Of a DNA stretch of 64,000 nt, positions 48,990-62,699 are shown piece after piece. The position numbers and the translations under genes are program-made. Every line of letters begins with the position of its first letter. The stretch's first letter is position 1. This stretch comes from Botryllus schlosseri (Eukaryota), in NCBI GenBank assembly GCA_051294905.1, contig CM119373.1, positions 3,970,001 to 4,034,000 of the forward strand. The letters run 5' to 3'. Below the pieces are notes generated by a model. It did not search any database. It was not told the DNA's origin and saw only the letters and a list, made by a program, of their open reading frames with translations.

Positions 48990-50360
48990 TTTTAGTAACT
49001 GTTACATATGTCACAATTTGAGGGAGGTATGGATGGAGAATACATTACAGCTACATCAGAAAGGGAATGCATTTGCTCCGTATTTCACGATTAATACAAA
49101 AAAGTCGGTTTGCGAAATCGATTGCGCGTTTCGCTGTGCTTCGATCATCCAATTTTTAGCGACTAGTGATATAGGCAGCTTTTCTGTGCCTGGTTATTGT
49201 TTCTCTGCTCTGTCATTGTACGTATTAAAGTAGAATTTCACAAGTGATGGTGAATTTGAGGGGGTTCTGGTACTCTGACATTGTTAATATTCGGATTTTC
49301 GGAATCAGTGCGACAATAGCATTTGATTGATACCAGTTATTATAAAGTATGAGCTGTTTATGATGAATCGCATTATCTCAGGTGAAGCACGACCGTCTGT
49401 GGCTCACCTGTGTCTTACCTCTCCTTTCCCGCTGTGTTTCTCAACAATAAATGTGAAAATTGGTGATGTTCGGTGAAAAAAGTAGTTATCCATGGACATT
49501 GACGGAAAATATCAATGATCATTGAAGGTTTTCACCAATTTTATTTCAGTCGTCCTTAAAACAGGTGAGGCACGGCCTCACTCCCCCCTTACCGCACGTC
49601 ACTCCGTGAACCAAACTTTCGTATCGTTCCTAGTCAGTTTGACCTATCAGAAAATATTACGCAGGTCATAAATATTGAAAGCTGATTCTTCAAACTACTC
49701 TCGATCGTCAATCAAATCTATATTGGCATGTGATATAGCACGAAAGAACATATTCTTATTTTACTCTTTCTAGTGGAGAAAACATTACATTTCATGGGCA
49801 CCAACTACTCACCGAAGATGGATACCTCAGACAATTTCATGTAGAAGGCAAGTCAAGTATAACTTAGAGATTTGTGATGTTCTTGCATTTAGTAAATTCG
49901 ATTACAATTCTGCTATAGGCAATGAGGTGGAAGCTCACAGGCAAGCGATGAATGGCAAAGTAGATCGAGAATTGAGAGATGAAAGTGAGTTCACCCGTTC
50001 TACTTCATTCAATATATATTGATCTACTAAACCTTACAGTATAATTATATGAAGATATTATACGATTATTATTATCTTTACAATGCATCGAAGGATTCAG
50101 AGTGATCATGGGATCACACTTCAAATTTGCAAAGTATACAGCTGTTTCCCAGACCCAGAATTCGACCATGCTATATTCGAAAATCGCTGTACTTGAGTCA
50201 GGATAAAAGGCTTGGGTTCAACTGAAATCATGGGACATACATCAGTTTGAATCAGAGTTGGATCAATTGTAATTTGTAATTAGGCTGAATGTATTTAATT
50301 AGATTTTCTCACGTAATTGTAATTGTAATTGTAATTGAAGGATTTCCATTTATTGTAATT

Positions 50361-50640
50361 GTTTGTTTGTTTGTTTTGGGGTATTCATGGTGTTTGTCGC
50401 CTACTATGGTCATTTACACCAGGCCGATATTCCTTTTATTATCCATAACGGCCGACCTATAGCACGGCCACCTCCAGGCTTTTTGTAAGACACCGCTGAC
50501 GCGGATGAGGTGGCGAGGAGGAGCCTAGGTAAACCTCCAACACTTAGGTATCGGAATTCGGAAGTCGACCTCGGTCGGACTCGAACCCGCACCCATTGGT
50601 GTTGCAGCCGCGGATTATACCACTGCGCTATCTCGCCACT
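50361..50640 (-). mobile_element. tRNA-derived SINE
   Basis: A box tagcgcagtgg, B box ggttcgagtcc, 3' hairpin and (AAAC)n tail; inserted in the AATTGT tract. Confidence 0.85.
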
Positions 50641-50739
50641 TTTGTGTAATTGTAATTGTAATTGTAATTTGATGAAAATTTTGCTCAATTACAATTTCAA
50701 TTACATTGCTATGGAAACCTGACAATCACAACATAAAAT

Positions 50740-50751
50740 AATCAATCAATA

Positions 50752-50803
<52 letters not shown>
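50740..50803. repeat. (TCAA)n microsatellite, probably a retroelement tail
   Basis: About 15 TCAA units followed by tttatt. Confidence 0.85.
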
Positions 50804-50806
<3 letters not shown>

Positions 50807-50897
50807 TATTCGTTACACCAGTGAAAATCCGGTACGGACCACGATGACGACGAGGGGCCGCAAGGCCTTAAGGCCTTAGTACACAGTCGCTACCTGT

Positions 50898-51858
50898 CAG
50901 TGTTGGGATGACTCGAGTCATGACTTAACTCGAGTCAGACTCGAGTCACTTTTTTCGTATGACTTGACTTGACTCGAGTCACTTTGCTAAAATGACTTGA
51001 CTTGACTTAACTCGGTGCATCAGAAATGTGAATTGACTCGTGACTCGGAGCAGAATTCACGAGTCAATTTCAAGTCATCAAGTAATCGGTGTCGATAAAA
51101 ATCACTGTGTCTTGTATATGGTCGGATTGTACGCCAAACGCTGGTGTAACCCATGAGAGCGACCAACCAATCAATAATCGTGCGTTTTACTGAGTCTCCA
51201 TCGTTCTCTCACAAATAAATTGACCGCAAACGATGTGATCGAAGCTTACAGCTTACGTTGTCCTAAATTAGTTGTAAAGTAATGTAATAGCAAAATGTCT
51301 ATTTCTGTTCTCTGTTCTTACCTAAACCAAACCTCTTGTTTTAATGAAATTTAATTCGAATATAGTTTATATATTCCTCAACCATTGGCGAAGGCTCGAA
51401 TTGTATCATATCAATTTGTAAATGGGTGGTGTATTGCATCTTATCAATTCGTTTCTCTATTTTGGCTGGTAACTATAAACTGACGCTATGCAATTACTTA
51501 CGTAGTTAAGCAGTTCTACGCATATGTGATCGATGTCTTCATGCGTTTATATTCAACTGCGTATTCGTTCATCGGTTCAGAAACAATGACGACTCAATCT
51601 GTATTTCAGGCAGCTAGCAAAAGACAATGACGTAATCATGTCTCATACTTTGAAAAGGAAACTTGACTTGAATTGTGACTTGACTCGTGACTTGACTTGA
51701 CGTGACTCGACTTGACTCGAGTCACCTCCAGAAATCGAGTGACTTGACTTGACTCGAGTCACCTTCGAAAATCGATTGACTTGACTTGACTCGAGTCAAA
51801 ATGTGCGATGACTCGAAATGACTCGTGACTCGAAGGTAGTGACTTGATCCCAACACTG
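50898..51858. mobile_element. hAT MITE, same family as 2797-4084
   Basis: Same TIRs; perfect TSD ctacctgt. Confidence 0.93.
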
Positions 51859-51994
51859 CTACCTGTAATAATTAGCCTATTTACATCGGTGTTCTATGCG
51901 TGTCGCGTTATAAGTCGATAATTCAGCCATGCTAAACTGTTTTACATACTTCCGTACCAACAGAAAACTTTATGAATTACAATATAGGCTAAAC

Positions 51995-52317
51995 CAGTGG
52001 TTCCCAAACTGGGGGGGGGGGGCGTGCCCTCCTTGGGCGGCGTGAATGCATCTGAAGGGGGAGCGAAGCTCCAGTAGACTGAAATTCTTTTCCGCGCTTG
52101 GCACGATTCACCCCTATTTCATAGCTATTGCTCTGTGCATAGTCCGAATTTCATATTGGAGAATTCTCTCATCAACAGTCATGACCTTCCATACCATCAA
52201 ACTATCTGTAAGGATTGCTAACATTCTGGTTTCATTGTGTGATATGACGATAAGTGGGGCACGAAATATTGCACTGTCATAAAGGGGGGCGTGTCTAAAC
52301 AAGTTAGAGAACCAGTG
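51995..52317. mobile_element. hAT MITE
   Basis: cagtggttcccaaac...gttagagaaccagtg; TSD ggctaaac. Confidence 0.85.
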
Positions 52318-54277
52318 GGCTAAACTAAATCTCTATATTTCAAAAATGAATGAACAACAAATAAACTCTTCTGAAACCTGTGCTGAACCATTTCCTACAA
52401 CACGTTCAGAGTTTTATTTTTAAATCTCTGACCAGTACCGAGACATGCTGCACCAATTGCAAAAAGAAATTCAAGTTTCCAACCAAGGCTTCATCAAACT
52501 TAATCCCGCATTTGTTGAGATGTCATCCCAATCTTACCTCCAATCTTGACCAAATTTACTGGGGCAAGAAATTTTTGCACCCTAATGTTCATCAAATGCA
52601 ATCTTACAGTTTCCGAGCAAGTGAAAATGTAAATGCGACCCAAAATGTTGCAATTCGTAGTTATCAGGAGGTTCTTTCCTTTTGCATGTATTTTAATTTT
52701 ACACATCTTATCGGTATCATCCTTATCGCTGACGCATTACCAATTACATTTCATTATCCTCACTCGGCTCTGAGTAGCCTAATCGTTTGATTACATTTCA
52801 TTGACTGTCCTGTAGCCTATTCGCTGTTAGTTGCTAAAACTTTTGGTTGTTAACAGTCACTTAAAACATTTTTCTGTGTTTGTAGTGTTCAGTACTCATG
52901 ATTAGGAATAATTAAATACATGTTTAACAGTACTTATAATTGTAATTGTAATTTGATATTTTTAGCATTGAGTAAATGTAATTGTAATGTAATTAAAACA
53001 GGCAAGGGATTAATTGTAATTGTAATTGTATTTGAACTGAATTATTGTAATTGATCCAACTCTGGTTTGAATATTCATAGTAATATTAGTGCTACCGTCT
53101 TGGGTCACATTCTTTTAGGTGCAATCCATTTATAACTTCTTTTTCAAAATGTGAAACGAAAAACATATGGTTCACTTGCCGTTTGTCTAACCTCCAAACT
53201 GTTTCCAGGTAAAGCGACAGAGCAAGAAAAATTTTCATTCATTGGATACCCGGGCCATTACCTCGCATACGTTAGATGCTATGATGCAGGTTCATTCGAA
53301 ATTTCATATTATAGAGAGAATTTCATAGCGATACTTGAGCTGTCCAAGAAACGAATTTCATTGAAGTCTGTTATAAAAATACGCTCGCATTAATAGGTTG
53401 GGTACTTTGGATTTACACGAGAGACAGGACTGTGACGGCTGAACAGCTCCTGTTTATACATAATGATCTCTGGAAGCACGGGATATCAGCACCGCTTCGA
53501 CTGGCTCATTGTCAAGACCTTGACGGACTCTGAACTACTTGAACTAATCGCTGCGGAGAAAAAAGTTGCAATGATATATTGTCGGTCGCTATACATGACT
53601 AGGTATATGAAGTAACCATGAATTTACGATAAAATATATGCTGCCATACACAAGTGATTAATATATATTTGTTTGTTCAATGATATATAGACAATGATCG
53701 GAAATTCCCGACAGTTCTGCTTTTCACGAGTCGCAAGTCACGCTTCATCGCAATCACTGGCTATGTTGTAAACAATAGCGTCGTCAGCAATACTTCTTTA
53801 GGGACTAGCAATGATATAGGATACATTGGGAATATTTACCATGCCAATTACCGTTAATAAGCTGAAAAGATTCGAAATTCTTTTTTTCTCGCGTCTGCTA
53901 TTTTTCTCTGTTTAAACTAGCTGACCAGTGCTTTAGAAAGGCGGATTCAATTACACCCGCATCATAAGTTAAATTCGCGCGTCGTGCACGTATCGCAAAA
54001 TCAAATTCGCACATTGACGACTCACGATTATACGCGATCACCGTACGGTACCCTTCAGACAACAAACGGGCAGTGTATTCACACAGCCGCAGCCTTTCAT
54101 CCACGGTTGCAAGCTCCAGCTTGACAGCTTGACAACTCCAGCTTGACAAGTCTCTTTTTTCAACATATTGATACATTATATATGAATACTGAGTAGAGGT
54201 GATTGTTAGAGAAGTAATTCTACTTATTCTGGGTGCTCGAGTAGGCCGACTTCTTGAGGTGATTGTGTTTTATACCC

Positions 54278-54955
54278 AGAGGTGGGTAAAGTAGTCAAGA
54301 AAGCTACTCAAGTAGAAGACGAAAAATCTTCTCAAGTTCGAGTAGAAGTACTTCTTCCATAAGCAAGTCAGGTTAATCAAATCCTCGGCTGGACTTGCAA
54401 GTTCACACAATTTTCCTTATTTCTCTGATAACATATCTAATTCCGAGAATTACCTCGTCACTTAAAACCTTCCCGCGGGCCACGGGTTGGCCGCCCCTGA
54501 ATTAGAGCCACATGCTTGTAATTTTAATTTGTGAAAGGTTTCTAAGCTCTATTTTCATTTTTGGGTTTCCTGAAAATGGAACAGGGTAACTGTATAGTAC
54601 AAAACGAGCCAAGCTTGCTTTTAAAGACATTTGCTATTCACATGCTCAGGAGAATGAACTCAGATTTTATACGAACTGAACTTCATTCAATGTGCAAGTT
54701 ATCTCGAATTCAGTAGTTCTAATTCTATTCTAATTTGGAAACAACTGTAGTTAAAATTTTAATTCTAATATAATTATCAGAAAAACTGTGGTAACTATTA
54801 ATTATTCTAATTCTCGTCCATTTGTGAAAACAACTTTGTAGCTATAATTTGGATTCTAATCTAATATGGAAAAGCTGAACATTTTCTAATTGTTCAAGTC
54901 TGGGCAATTGAGCATTAACTTAAAGTAGAACTATACGTTTTACTGACCACCTCTG
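54278..54955. mobile_element. hAT-like MITE
   Basis: cagaggtgggtaaagta / tactgaccacctctg; TSD not evident. Confidence 0.6.
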
Positions 54956-55349
54956 GGTGTTATGTGAAAGTGAAGGAACCAGTATTTCTTGAGTGACTTT
55001 GGTATTCGTTATTAGGGCTGGGCAAAATCGAGTACCTGAGTGATTCGATTCTGAATCACGTATTATTCTTCGAGTCGAGTATTCGAATGTCACTCATTAT
55101 GACGTCACAACAACATGTACTATGTTAAAGTTCAAATATGTACCTTTTATGCCACTACAAGGAACATAACGCATGTTATCCATCACATCGTAACCGGGCA
55201 GACTGGCAATATTTATTTTTGATTTATGTTGTATGTATTCTATCTGTGGTATGTTCTTCAGTGTGTCTAATAAGTACAAGCCAAGCAAGCTAACAACAAC
55301 AACAATCATTGGGTTATAATTTTCATCTGAACAAGTTACACACAATGTA

Positions 55350-56185
55350 GGGGAGATGTGGTACCGATGGATCAAAAATTGCAAAATGATCTCTGGCCCT
55401 CAAATCTTCAGCCGAGCATAGCAAATCTTTTGCTGTCTCAACACTTTGATACAAGCTCTACCTATTGCGGACATTTACATGAATATCCGCCTTTTCAAAA
55501 AATATTTATAAACGTTTAAAATTTGATGCTCGAACGTGTCATCGGTCCCCACCCGGTGGGTCCAAAGGCACACGGCCATGGGACCTATGAGACATACGCT
55601 CAAAAACTCAAACTTGTTGTGTACTATAAGCTAAGCTACAGCAAGCCAACGAAGAATGTTTCGTCGCGACTTTCAAGAATAAAATAGATTATATCAACTG
55701 AAATGTTAGCATAAAATCATGTTTTGATTTACGCCTAAACTTACAAAATTAATGCCACATACATATTACCCGAAAATCGACATTTAGACTTTCAAATAAC
55801 TCGTAATAGCGATAAAACACCACAGGTACCTATGATTTACAGTTTATATCTATGCGGGCGAGTTTCTGTTGTTAAGTGATTAGTTGGCCCATCTATTTTG
55901 CTTGATTTGGCTATGGTACCATAGGTCGCCCACCCCATAAATATTGTAATTGACTTAAAAATAGTCCACTCGAGGATGGTATTGATTCAAAAAATATGTG
56001 TCATTATATACCCTGATACAAGCCCTATAATTCACATCAAAAATTATGGCGGGCTTGTTCGTCTGGAAGGTGATATAGGAAAATGCAAATGTCGATCCAA
56101 ATTCACGGAGTGCAATCATGGAATGATCATGGAGAATTTTTCAAGTATTTCCGGTCCCAGTGATCCATCGGTACCACATCTCCCC
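55350..56185. mobile_element. TA-flanked pogo-like MITE
   Basis: TIR ggggagatgtggtaccgatggatca/tgatccatcggtaccacatctcccc; TA on both flanks. Confidence 0.92.
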
Positions 56186-57599
56186 TACAATGCGATAAGA
56201 CACAATGCGATGTAATGAACAGATAGGAGGATGCCGAACAACACGCATCAGTAGCGATGCTTTACTCTGACATCCACCTCGGCCTAGAGTGCCCGATGTC
56301 ACAGTTCTTTTCGATGTTGATCTTTTTTGAAGCCGCGGTCCTCTCTACTAGTTCTTTCCATTCCTTGTGACTGCTTTCTTTCTTCGGGTCTTTTTTCTGT
56401 TTTTTTTTTGTCGCCGTAAGAACGGCGACAGCGGGGGACTGGCCAGTATCGCAAATTATGTGGGACTTGCGGTCACTTACTAATGTTGACATTGACATTG
56501 ATTTTTGAAGAGAATTGCTGAATCAACAATTCAGAAACGGAGAGTGTGAGTCACAAACCGGAGTGTTTTGGGCCCCTGGACCCAGAGTCGCACTTTTCAG
56601 TTTAATTGAGTCTGAGTCACGGAATTCGGTATAAAGGAGACAAATACACATTTTTTTGTCTTTGCGAGTTGTGCGTAGCAGCAGCGACATAGAAATTGGC
56701 GCGACTCCATAACAATGATGATGTCTCGAAGTCTACACTGATATCTAGTTATGAGCCCTGGCAAGGTTTGATGAAGTCTAGATTGCGTGAAGGCATAGTG
56801 TCGAGAGGAATATATGATCGTGCCTACGTTTTGACAAGCGCATCCGCACCAAGCAGACGTAAAAGTCGTAAATAAGCTTTTCTTGGTCAGCAGCGTAAAT
56901 AATCTAAACTACCAAAGTTTCGTAGAAAGGAGTTTTGTGAATTGTTTTGCTTTACTTTTATTGAATTCAATTAGTTATGTAAATATGGTCAAATAATATT
57001 TGAGGCTGATATGAATTGGACTCCAACTGACTGCAAGTGGATGCAGTTTTATGTGATTGCCAAACCAAAGACCCAGCTGTTTCGGGTGTGACCCGTGGTT
57101 ACGCACATCTTGAGCAGAGGCGGCCACTATCCGGCTCAGGGGTGACTCGAGTGACGTTTGACTTGAGTCGAGTCAAAATGTACAATATGGCTAGATATGA
57201 CTTGTGAATCGAAGGTATAGTGTGAGTGTGACTTGATCCCAACACTGTCATGTTCTATATGCTACATGATTGATCATAAAATGGACTCAGTCATCATCAT
57301 CATCATAATCATCATTGGTTTATTAGCTATTTTTATCAGTTCAATACACTACAAAATGCGATACAATGAAAATATAGGAAGGTGTCGAAGCGACTTGGAG
57401 TAGGCCTAGTCTGTGGAATCAGACACCCACCTTGGCCTAGGCGATGTAGTGAGGTTGATGTCACCGAAATTCCTCATTTATAGTGTTTCGAATGCAGGAT
57501 TATTTTGTGCGCATCAATGGTGAACATCTGCTTTCAAGTTATATACTCAAATATATGATTATAAGCACTTGCACCTGGCACTACCTCCAACTCTAGTGA

Positions 57600-58680
57600 G
57601 TCTTTGCCAGCATGAACAACAGTCATGCGTGACAATATGATCCATAACCAATACCATACATCCCTCACAACTCCGATGAAGGCATAACTTGAGGAGTTGA
57701 AAAGAAAAAGCCGCGACAAAAAACATGCATCAATACGAATACAACGCGCCAAGAACATAGTCTTTGTGCCAAAGTGGAGGATTTATGACACTCATCGTCC
57801 TGTGATATTTCCAGTGATAAGTCGTTTAATTAACTTGACCGCAATTTCAGCCCGGCCGTTTGACCGAGCATTGTATGCTAAAGACAGTCTTTGTAGAACA
57901 CCCCATCGACGTAGGAAACACTGATACCATGAGCGGTGAATTCAGGTCCGCTATCACTGTTCAGTTTTTCTACAACGCCGAATGTCATTAAGTTGTTCCG
58001 TAGAGCATCTTACAGGCCAACTGCACCAGAAGTAGGAGTACCAGGCTTGATATGAAAGAATTCGGGTCAATTGCTGAAACGTAGGTTGGCTGCGGAGATA
58101 CTAGTGACCTGCAACAGTGCAGTAATGTGCGGCAATAGCCTGAAAAGGGTATGTGGGTACATAAGGATCAGAAGGGGCAAATGCGGGGGCTCCGAAGGGG
58201 GCTCCGTGCGGACCTGCTACACGCATCACACTATGCCCGTGTCATTGCAATGCAAGTCGACATACCATGCCAGATAACAGTAGCCTGGGCTCTCTGTGAC
58301 ATGGCATTGATACCTTGGTGAGCCGAGTGAACGGTGTCACAACTGTCAAATATCGGTTTCCTCAGAATCGAGGGTATAACAACTCGATTTTATCATACAT
58401 GACGACATCATGTAAGAATGCTTACCACGATAGCGCTAATATGCTTGGATCTGAAACGGCAACTGATCAGATCCACGCGAGAATCCTGATACGATGTATC
58501 CCTTACTGAAAGTATCATCGCATAGGGTAGCTTTTCGCACATCCTCCCATGAAATAACTTTAATGGTGTTCAGGCATGCCGTGGTACCTGAATAATAGAC
58601 GTCTCTAGTTGATTGTTTTCATCGCGACTTGCCGCCACACACTCGACTGGTTTTAGGGAGGACCAGTAAGTTGTGTCCGG
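57600..58680 (-). pseudogene. pol: Gypsy integrase remnant (copy B)
   Basis: HSAHQGINAMSQRAQATVIWHGM...CDAC (HHCC finger), SDSGPEF and NARSNGRAEIAVKLIKR. Confidence 0.9.
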
Positions 58681-60216
58681 CAAAGTTGGATCGATTACAT
58701 TAATTCACTACAGTTTAGAGTTGCCGTACGTCCTCTTTTTTGAAAGTGTCCCAGGAGGACGCCCAAATGTCCTCGTTGTTGAGATTTTGTCTCGAGAATT
58801 TTGGATAAAAATAAGGCAAAATTCGATTGCGATACAGCAAATCAGCACTGACGTAACGCTCCGGTGGCTATTTCGGAGCTGAGCCGCAAAGTTGAACATT
58901 TTTTTAAATCTTTTTTAGTCAATCGACCACGAGGTGCAAGAGATTTGCCATTTTTCAGGATTTTCCTCCGGTATTGCAAGTCTGAAAATTTTGAAAAAGT
59001 GTCCCCTTTTCAAATTCCCAGAATATGGTAACCCTAATTACAATTAAAATTACTCCCTTGCAAGTATCAATTACATTACAATTACAATAACTCCATGCTA
59101 AAAATATCAAATTACAACCACAATTATTGTTACACATGTAATTATATATTCATAAATTTAACTTCGGTAATGAGGTGCTCTTTGACAACCGCAGCGACGT
59201 AATTAGCAACAATCGCAAGCTATTGATGTTTCATTCATGATGCGTAGAATACCCTTTGATTAAAAAAGAAAACTCGAAAGTACAAAGTATCATGAGTACT
59301 GAAAAATACAAACACAGAAAAAAAAATTAAAGCGATTTTAACAATCATAAGTTACAAACACAGAAAAAAAAATTGAAGCGACTTTAACAATCATAAGTTA
59401 GAGCAACTGGCAACGACTAACAACGCATAGGCTATAACACAAGCAATGAAATGTGTTCAATCGAATACACAGAGCTGATTAAGCCAAATGAAATGTAATT
59501 GGTAATGGTAAGGCGTCAGCGATAAGGTGTGTAAAATTAAAATTAATGCAAACTGGTAAGAAGCTCCTGATAACTACAAGTTACAAAATGTTAGTTCGCA
59601 TTTACATTTTGACCTGCTCAAAAACTGTTGGATTGCATTTGATGAACAGTAGGGTGCGAAAAGTTTCTGGTCCCAGTAAATTTGGATATAACTGAGGGTA
59701 AGATTGGGAGAACACCTCTTCAAATGCGTGATCAAGTTAGATAAAGCCTTGGTTGAAAATTAGAATTTCTTTTTGCAATTGTTGAAGCAAGCCCAAGTAC
59801 TGGTCAAATATTAGAAAATAATCTCGGACAGTGGTGTAGGAAATGGTTCAGCACAGGCTTCGGAAGAGTTTATTTGCTGTTCATCCATTTTTAAACTTTC
59901 TATTTATATTTAGACTATATTGTATTTTCTAAGTTTTCTGTTACTACTGAAGTATGGGAAACAGTTAAGCATGGCTGAATTATCTAGTTAACGAGGCACG
60001 CATAGCACACCCATGTAAACACGCCTAATCACTTTATGTTCTGCTGGTAAGGTTTCAATAACAATGTACCGTAATTGAAATTGTAATGAGGCAAAATTTC
60101 ACCAAATTGCAGTTACAATTACACAAAATGAAAATGCTTCAATTACAATTACAATTACATGAAAAATGTAATCATTACATTCAGCTTTATTTCTAATTAC
60201 AATTGATTCAACTCTG
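58681..60216 (-). mobile_element. Older hAT-Ac (AATTGT) derivative inserted between RNase H and integrase
   Basis: Reverse-orientation homologue of 50253-53064; flanks gtgtccgg/atgtcaag. The same junction appears at 14734, followed by gtgtccag. Confidence 0.85.
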
Positions 60217-61365
60217 ATGTCAAGTGACGCGGGGTGCCATGAGAATATATCCGATGATGGTATGGATTTACCTGGCACATGAAAAATACGAAAGCGACAG
60301 GACATTCTGCGCTGATTCAGGCGTAATATTCTAGTGTTCGATCGTAATATTGTCGAACGATTTGTCCCCTACGATTTTGATCAGTGGTTTGTGATCAGTA
60401 GCGATAACAAGGTCGTCACAGCCGAGAGTAAAGAACTTGGTATCCTCCAGTAACCATGCCACATCGAAGGTTTCACCTTCAATCGCAGCGTATCGTTATT
60501 CTGAATCACGTAAGAATCGGGAACCTGATTCGTAGCCTGATACCCGTCTTCGACCAGTCGGGATGCAAACAAGTTTTACGCTTGGGGTCAAATATGCGCG
60601 CCCCATTTTGTATTGCCCGAATAATTTCAGCTTTTGACTCTGCGAGCGCCTCATCGAGTTCATTGGTCCACGTGAATGAAGATTTCGGGCTCTTGAACGG
60701 TGCAATTATGTAGGTGAGCTTGCCATAATGGAAGACTTGGTTAACAAGACCACACCATGGCCGTATGCCTGACAGTTTTTGTGACCTGGAAAACAGGCGA
60801 TTGCTTCCAAATATTTTGAAAGTGGACGTACGTCGTCTGCTGGGATATCGAATCCTGCAAATTATTTTGCTTTCATGCAAATTAAAATTGCGAGGGGTTA
60901 AGAATGATGCCTTTGCGTCCATTCAGCTCGGGATTATGAATCATTCTCCACCAATGTTCAGACATACTGTCATCCCATAACACTGTGTCGTCGACGCATT
61001 TTGTCTTTCTATAGGTATATCAGCCATTATTCGATCATAGCAATGAGGTTATCTAACCCCGCTAGCTATCGATCATCTTCTCTGACAGGTACCGAATGGC
61101 AGCCATTCCAGGCGTCCGTAACAGATCTGACGGTACCAGGTGGGATAGAACGGGCTTGATGAAATGGCGGAACGATGTGGTGCGTGTCCCGCGAGCGATG
61201 GCGGTTGAGGGATTGGAAGTCGATCACTCTGCGAGGACTTCCATCGCTTTTACGAACCCAGATTGCGCGATGGCACAACCTTGTCGGCGTATTGGGTTCT
61301 ACTGTTTCAATGACAACAAGAGGCCCGTCATCATCCAATTGCTTCCTGACTGCATCACGCCTAGT
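60217..61365 (-). pseudogene. pol: Decayed Gypsy RT-RNase H (copy B)
   Basis: RKSDGSPRRVIDFQSLN, TDAWNGCHSVP, KCVDD, WCGLVNQV, HPDWSKTG and FRIFHVPGK. Confidence 0.9.
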
Positions 61366-61627
61366 GACGAACTCCGTGCAGAAAATGTTCAAGTTATTGA
61401 GCTCACGGAGCCCTGAATCATCGGAACTTGCGATTGATTTTACAAAACCTAGTCACTAACTCCGTGCAGAAAATGTTATCGTTCCTGAGCTCGGGGAGCT
61501 CTGAATCATCGGAAGCTGCGATTGATTTTACAAAACATAGTCACGAACTCCGCGCAGAAAATGTTCATGTTCATGAGCTCACGGAGCCCTGAATCACCGA
61601 AACTTGCGATTTATTGCACAAAACCAA
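61360..61627. repeat. 88-bp tandem array, about 3 units, same unit as 37880-38408
   Basis: ctgaatca(t/c)cg recurs at about 61413, 61501 and 61589. Confidence 0.92.
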
Positions 61628-62699
61628 GCACTGAACTTTGAACAACAATGTGCGCCCTTAGCATGTGAACGATACCTATGTAAGTTTTCCTCATTATGTG
61701 AATGTGACCCACTTTTATCCTATCGACAGCAATTGATAACTATAGCTAGTTGGTAAAGGTTACTGTGATACGGTGGCTTAACCTCGGCATGTCGTCTGTC
61801 GTGCACCAACTCTCTCTCCCTGTCGCTACCCTGGCGACCTATTAATCACGTCAGTTGGAGCTTTCTCGAGGAACAAATGTCAGACGAGTTTCATCATGGC
61901 ACCAAACCGAATGCAGCTGATATGGGCACATAGTTTATGATATTTTAATCAGTATTGCCTCAACAACTTTTCTGCGCGATCGGTAGGCCGACCCTCTGGA
62001 CTGGGAAACGGGCAATATACCCACAAAAGACCGATCTACTGTTATTTTGAATACCAAAACCAATCAGAGTGCGTGGTCGATTCGACTCTTCGTGTTATCG
62101 TGTAGCTACATTTTAAAGATATTGCCGGTGCATGGGCTTGCGACATCGTCTACGATATTTATTCGACACATCATTATTGTTGACCGTGTATGAACGCTAG
62201 ACGTTCCGTCATGTTTTATGTTTCGACCGATGCTGCAATACGCAAACTCATCAAGTTTATATCGTTACCAGCTGACGTGCTCGTGATAATAAACCTGAAT
62301 AATTTCGAGGATACGAACTCTGATGGCATCAGTGCAACCATACTGCAATAGATATTACTTCACGACACCGGCTTGAATTACTCTTATTCTGCTTCACAAT
62401 TTTTTGTTCCGAATTGATTTCAGAGGTCAACGAAACGACGAAGAAATCGGCGTTAAAAAGGAAACCAGTCAAAATACCAATGATCAAACAATCGACCAAG
62501 GTGGAGGTCTCGATATACTTATGGTACTCACTACTCAGTACTTAAGGAAGGCTTGATCCTCTCGATCCTCCTATACCTATATCCTCTGTTCATTTTCTCG
62601 CATTGTGTCTGTCTCGTTATGTGTATCGCATAGTGTGTGTCGGGAGGATGAAAAGAATGAGAACCTATGATTTTGATTACATGGTTATGTTTGGTTATA

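Larger units (their letters stand above)
50253..53064 (+). mobile_element. hAT-Ac deletion derivative with (AATTGT)n subtermini and a BED finger remnant; hosts a SINE, a LINE tail and two MITEs
   Basis: TIR cagagttggatcaatt/aattgatccaactctg, perfect TSD gtttgaat; CTNCKKKF...SSNLIPHLLRCHP at about 52440-52530. Confidence 0.93.
49720..53560 (+). pseudogene. Decayed hAT-Tip100/ZMYM1-like transposase split by the element at 50253-53064
   Basis: Fragments ITFHGH (cf. AFRGH), DNF, HRRIQS (cf. S..IQNE), VQSIYNFF, SLDTR (cf. SDTRW) and ENFIAILE appear in the expected order with many frameshifts. Confidence 0.5.
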
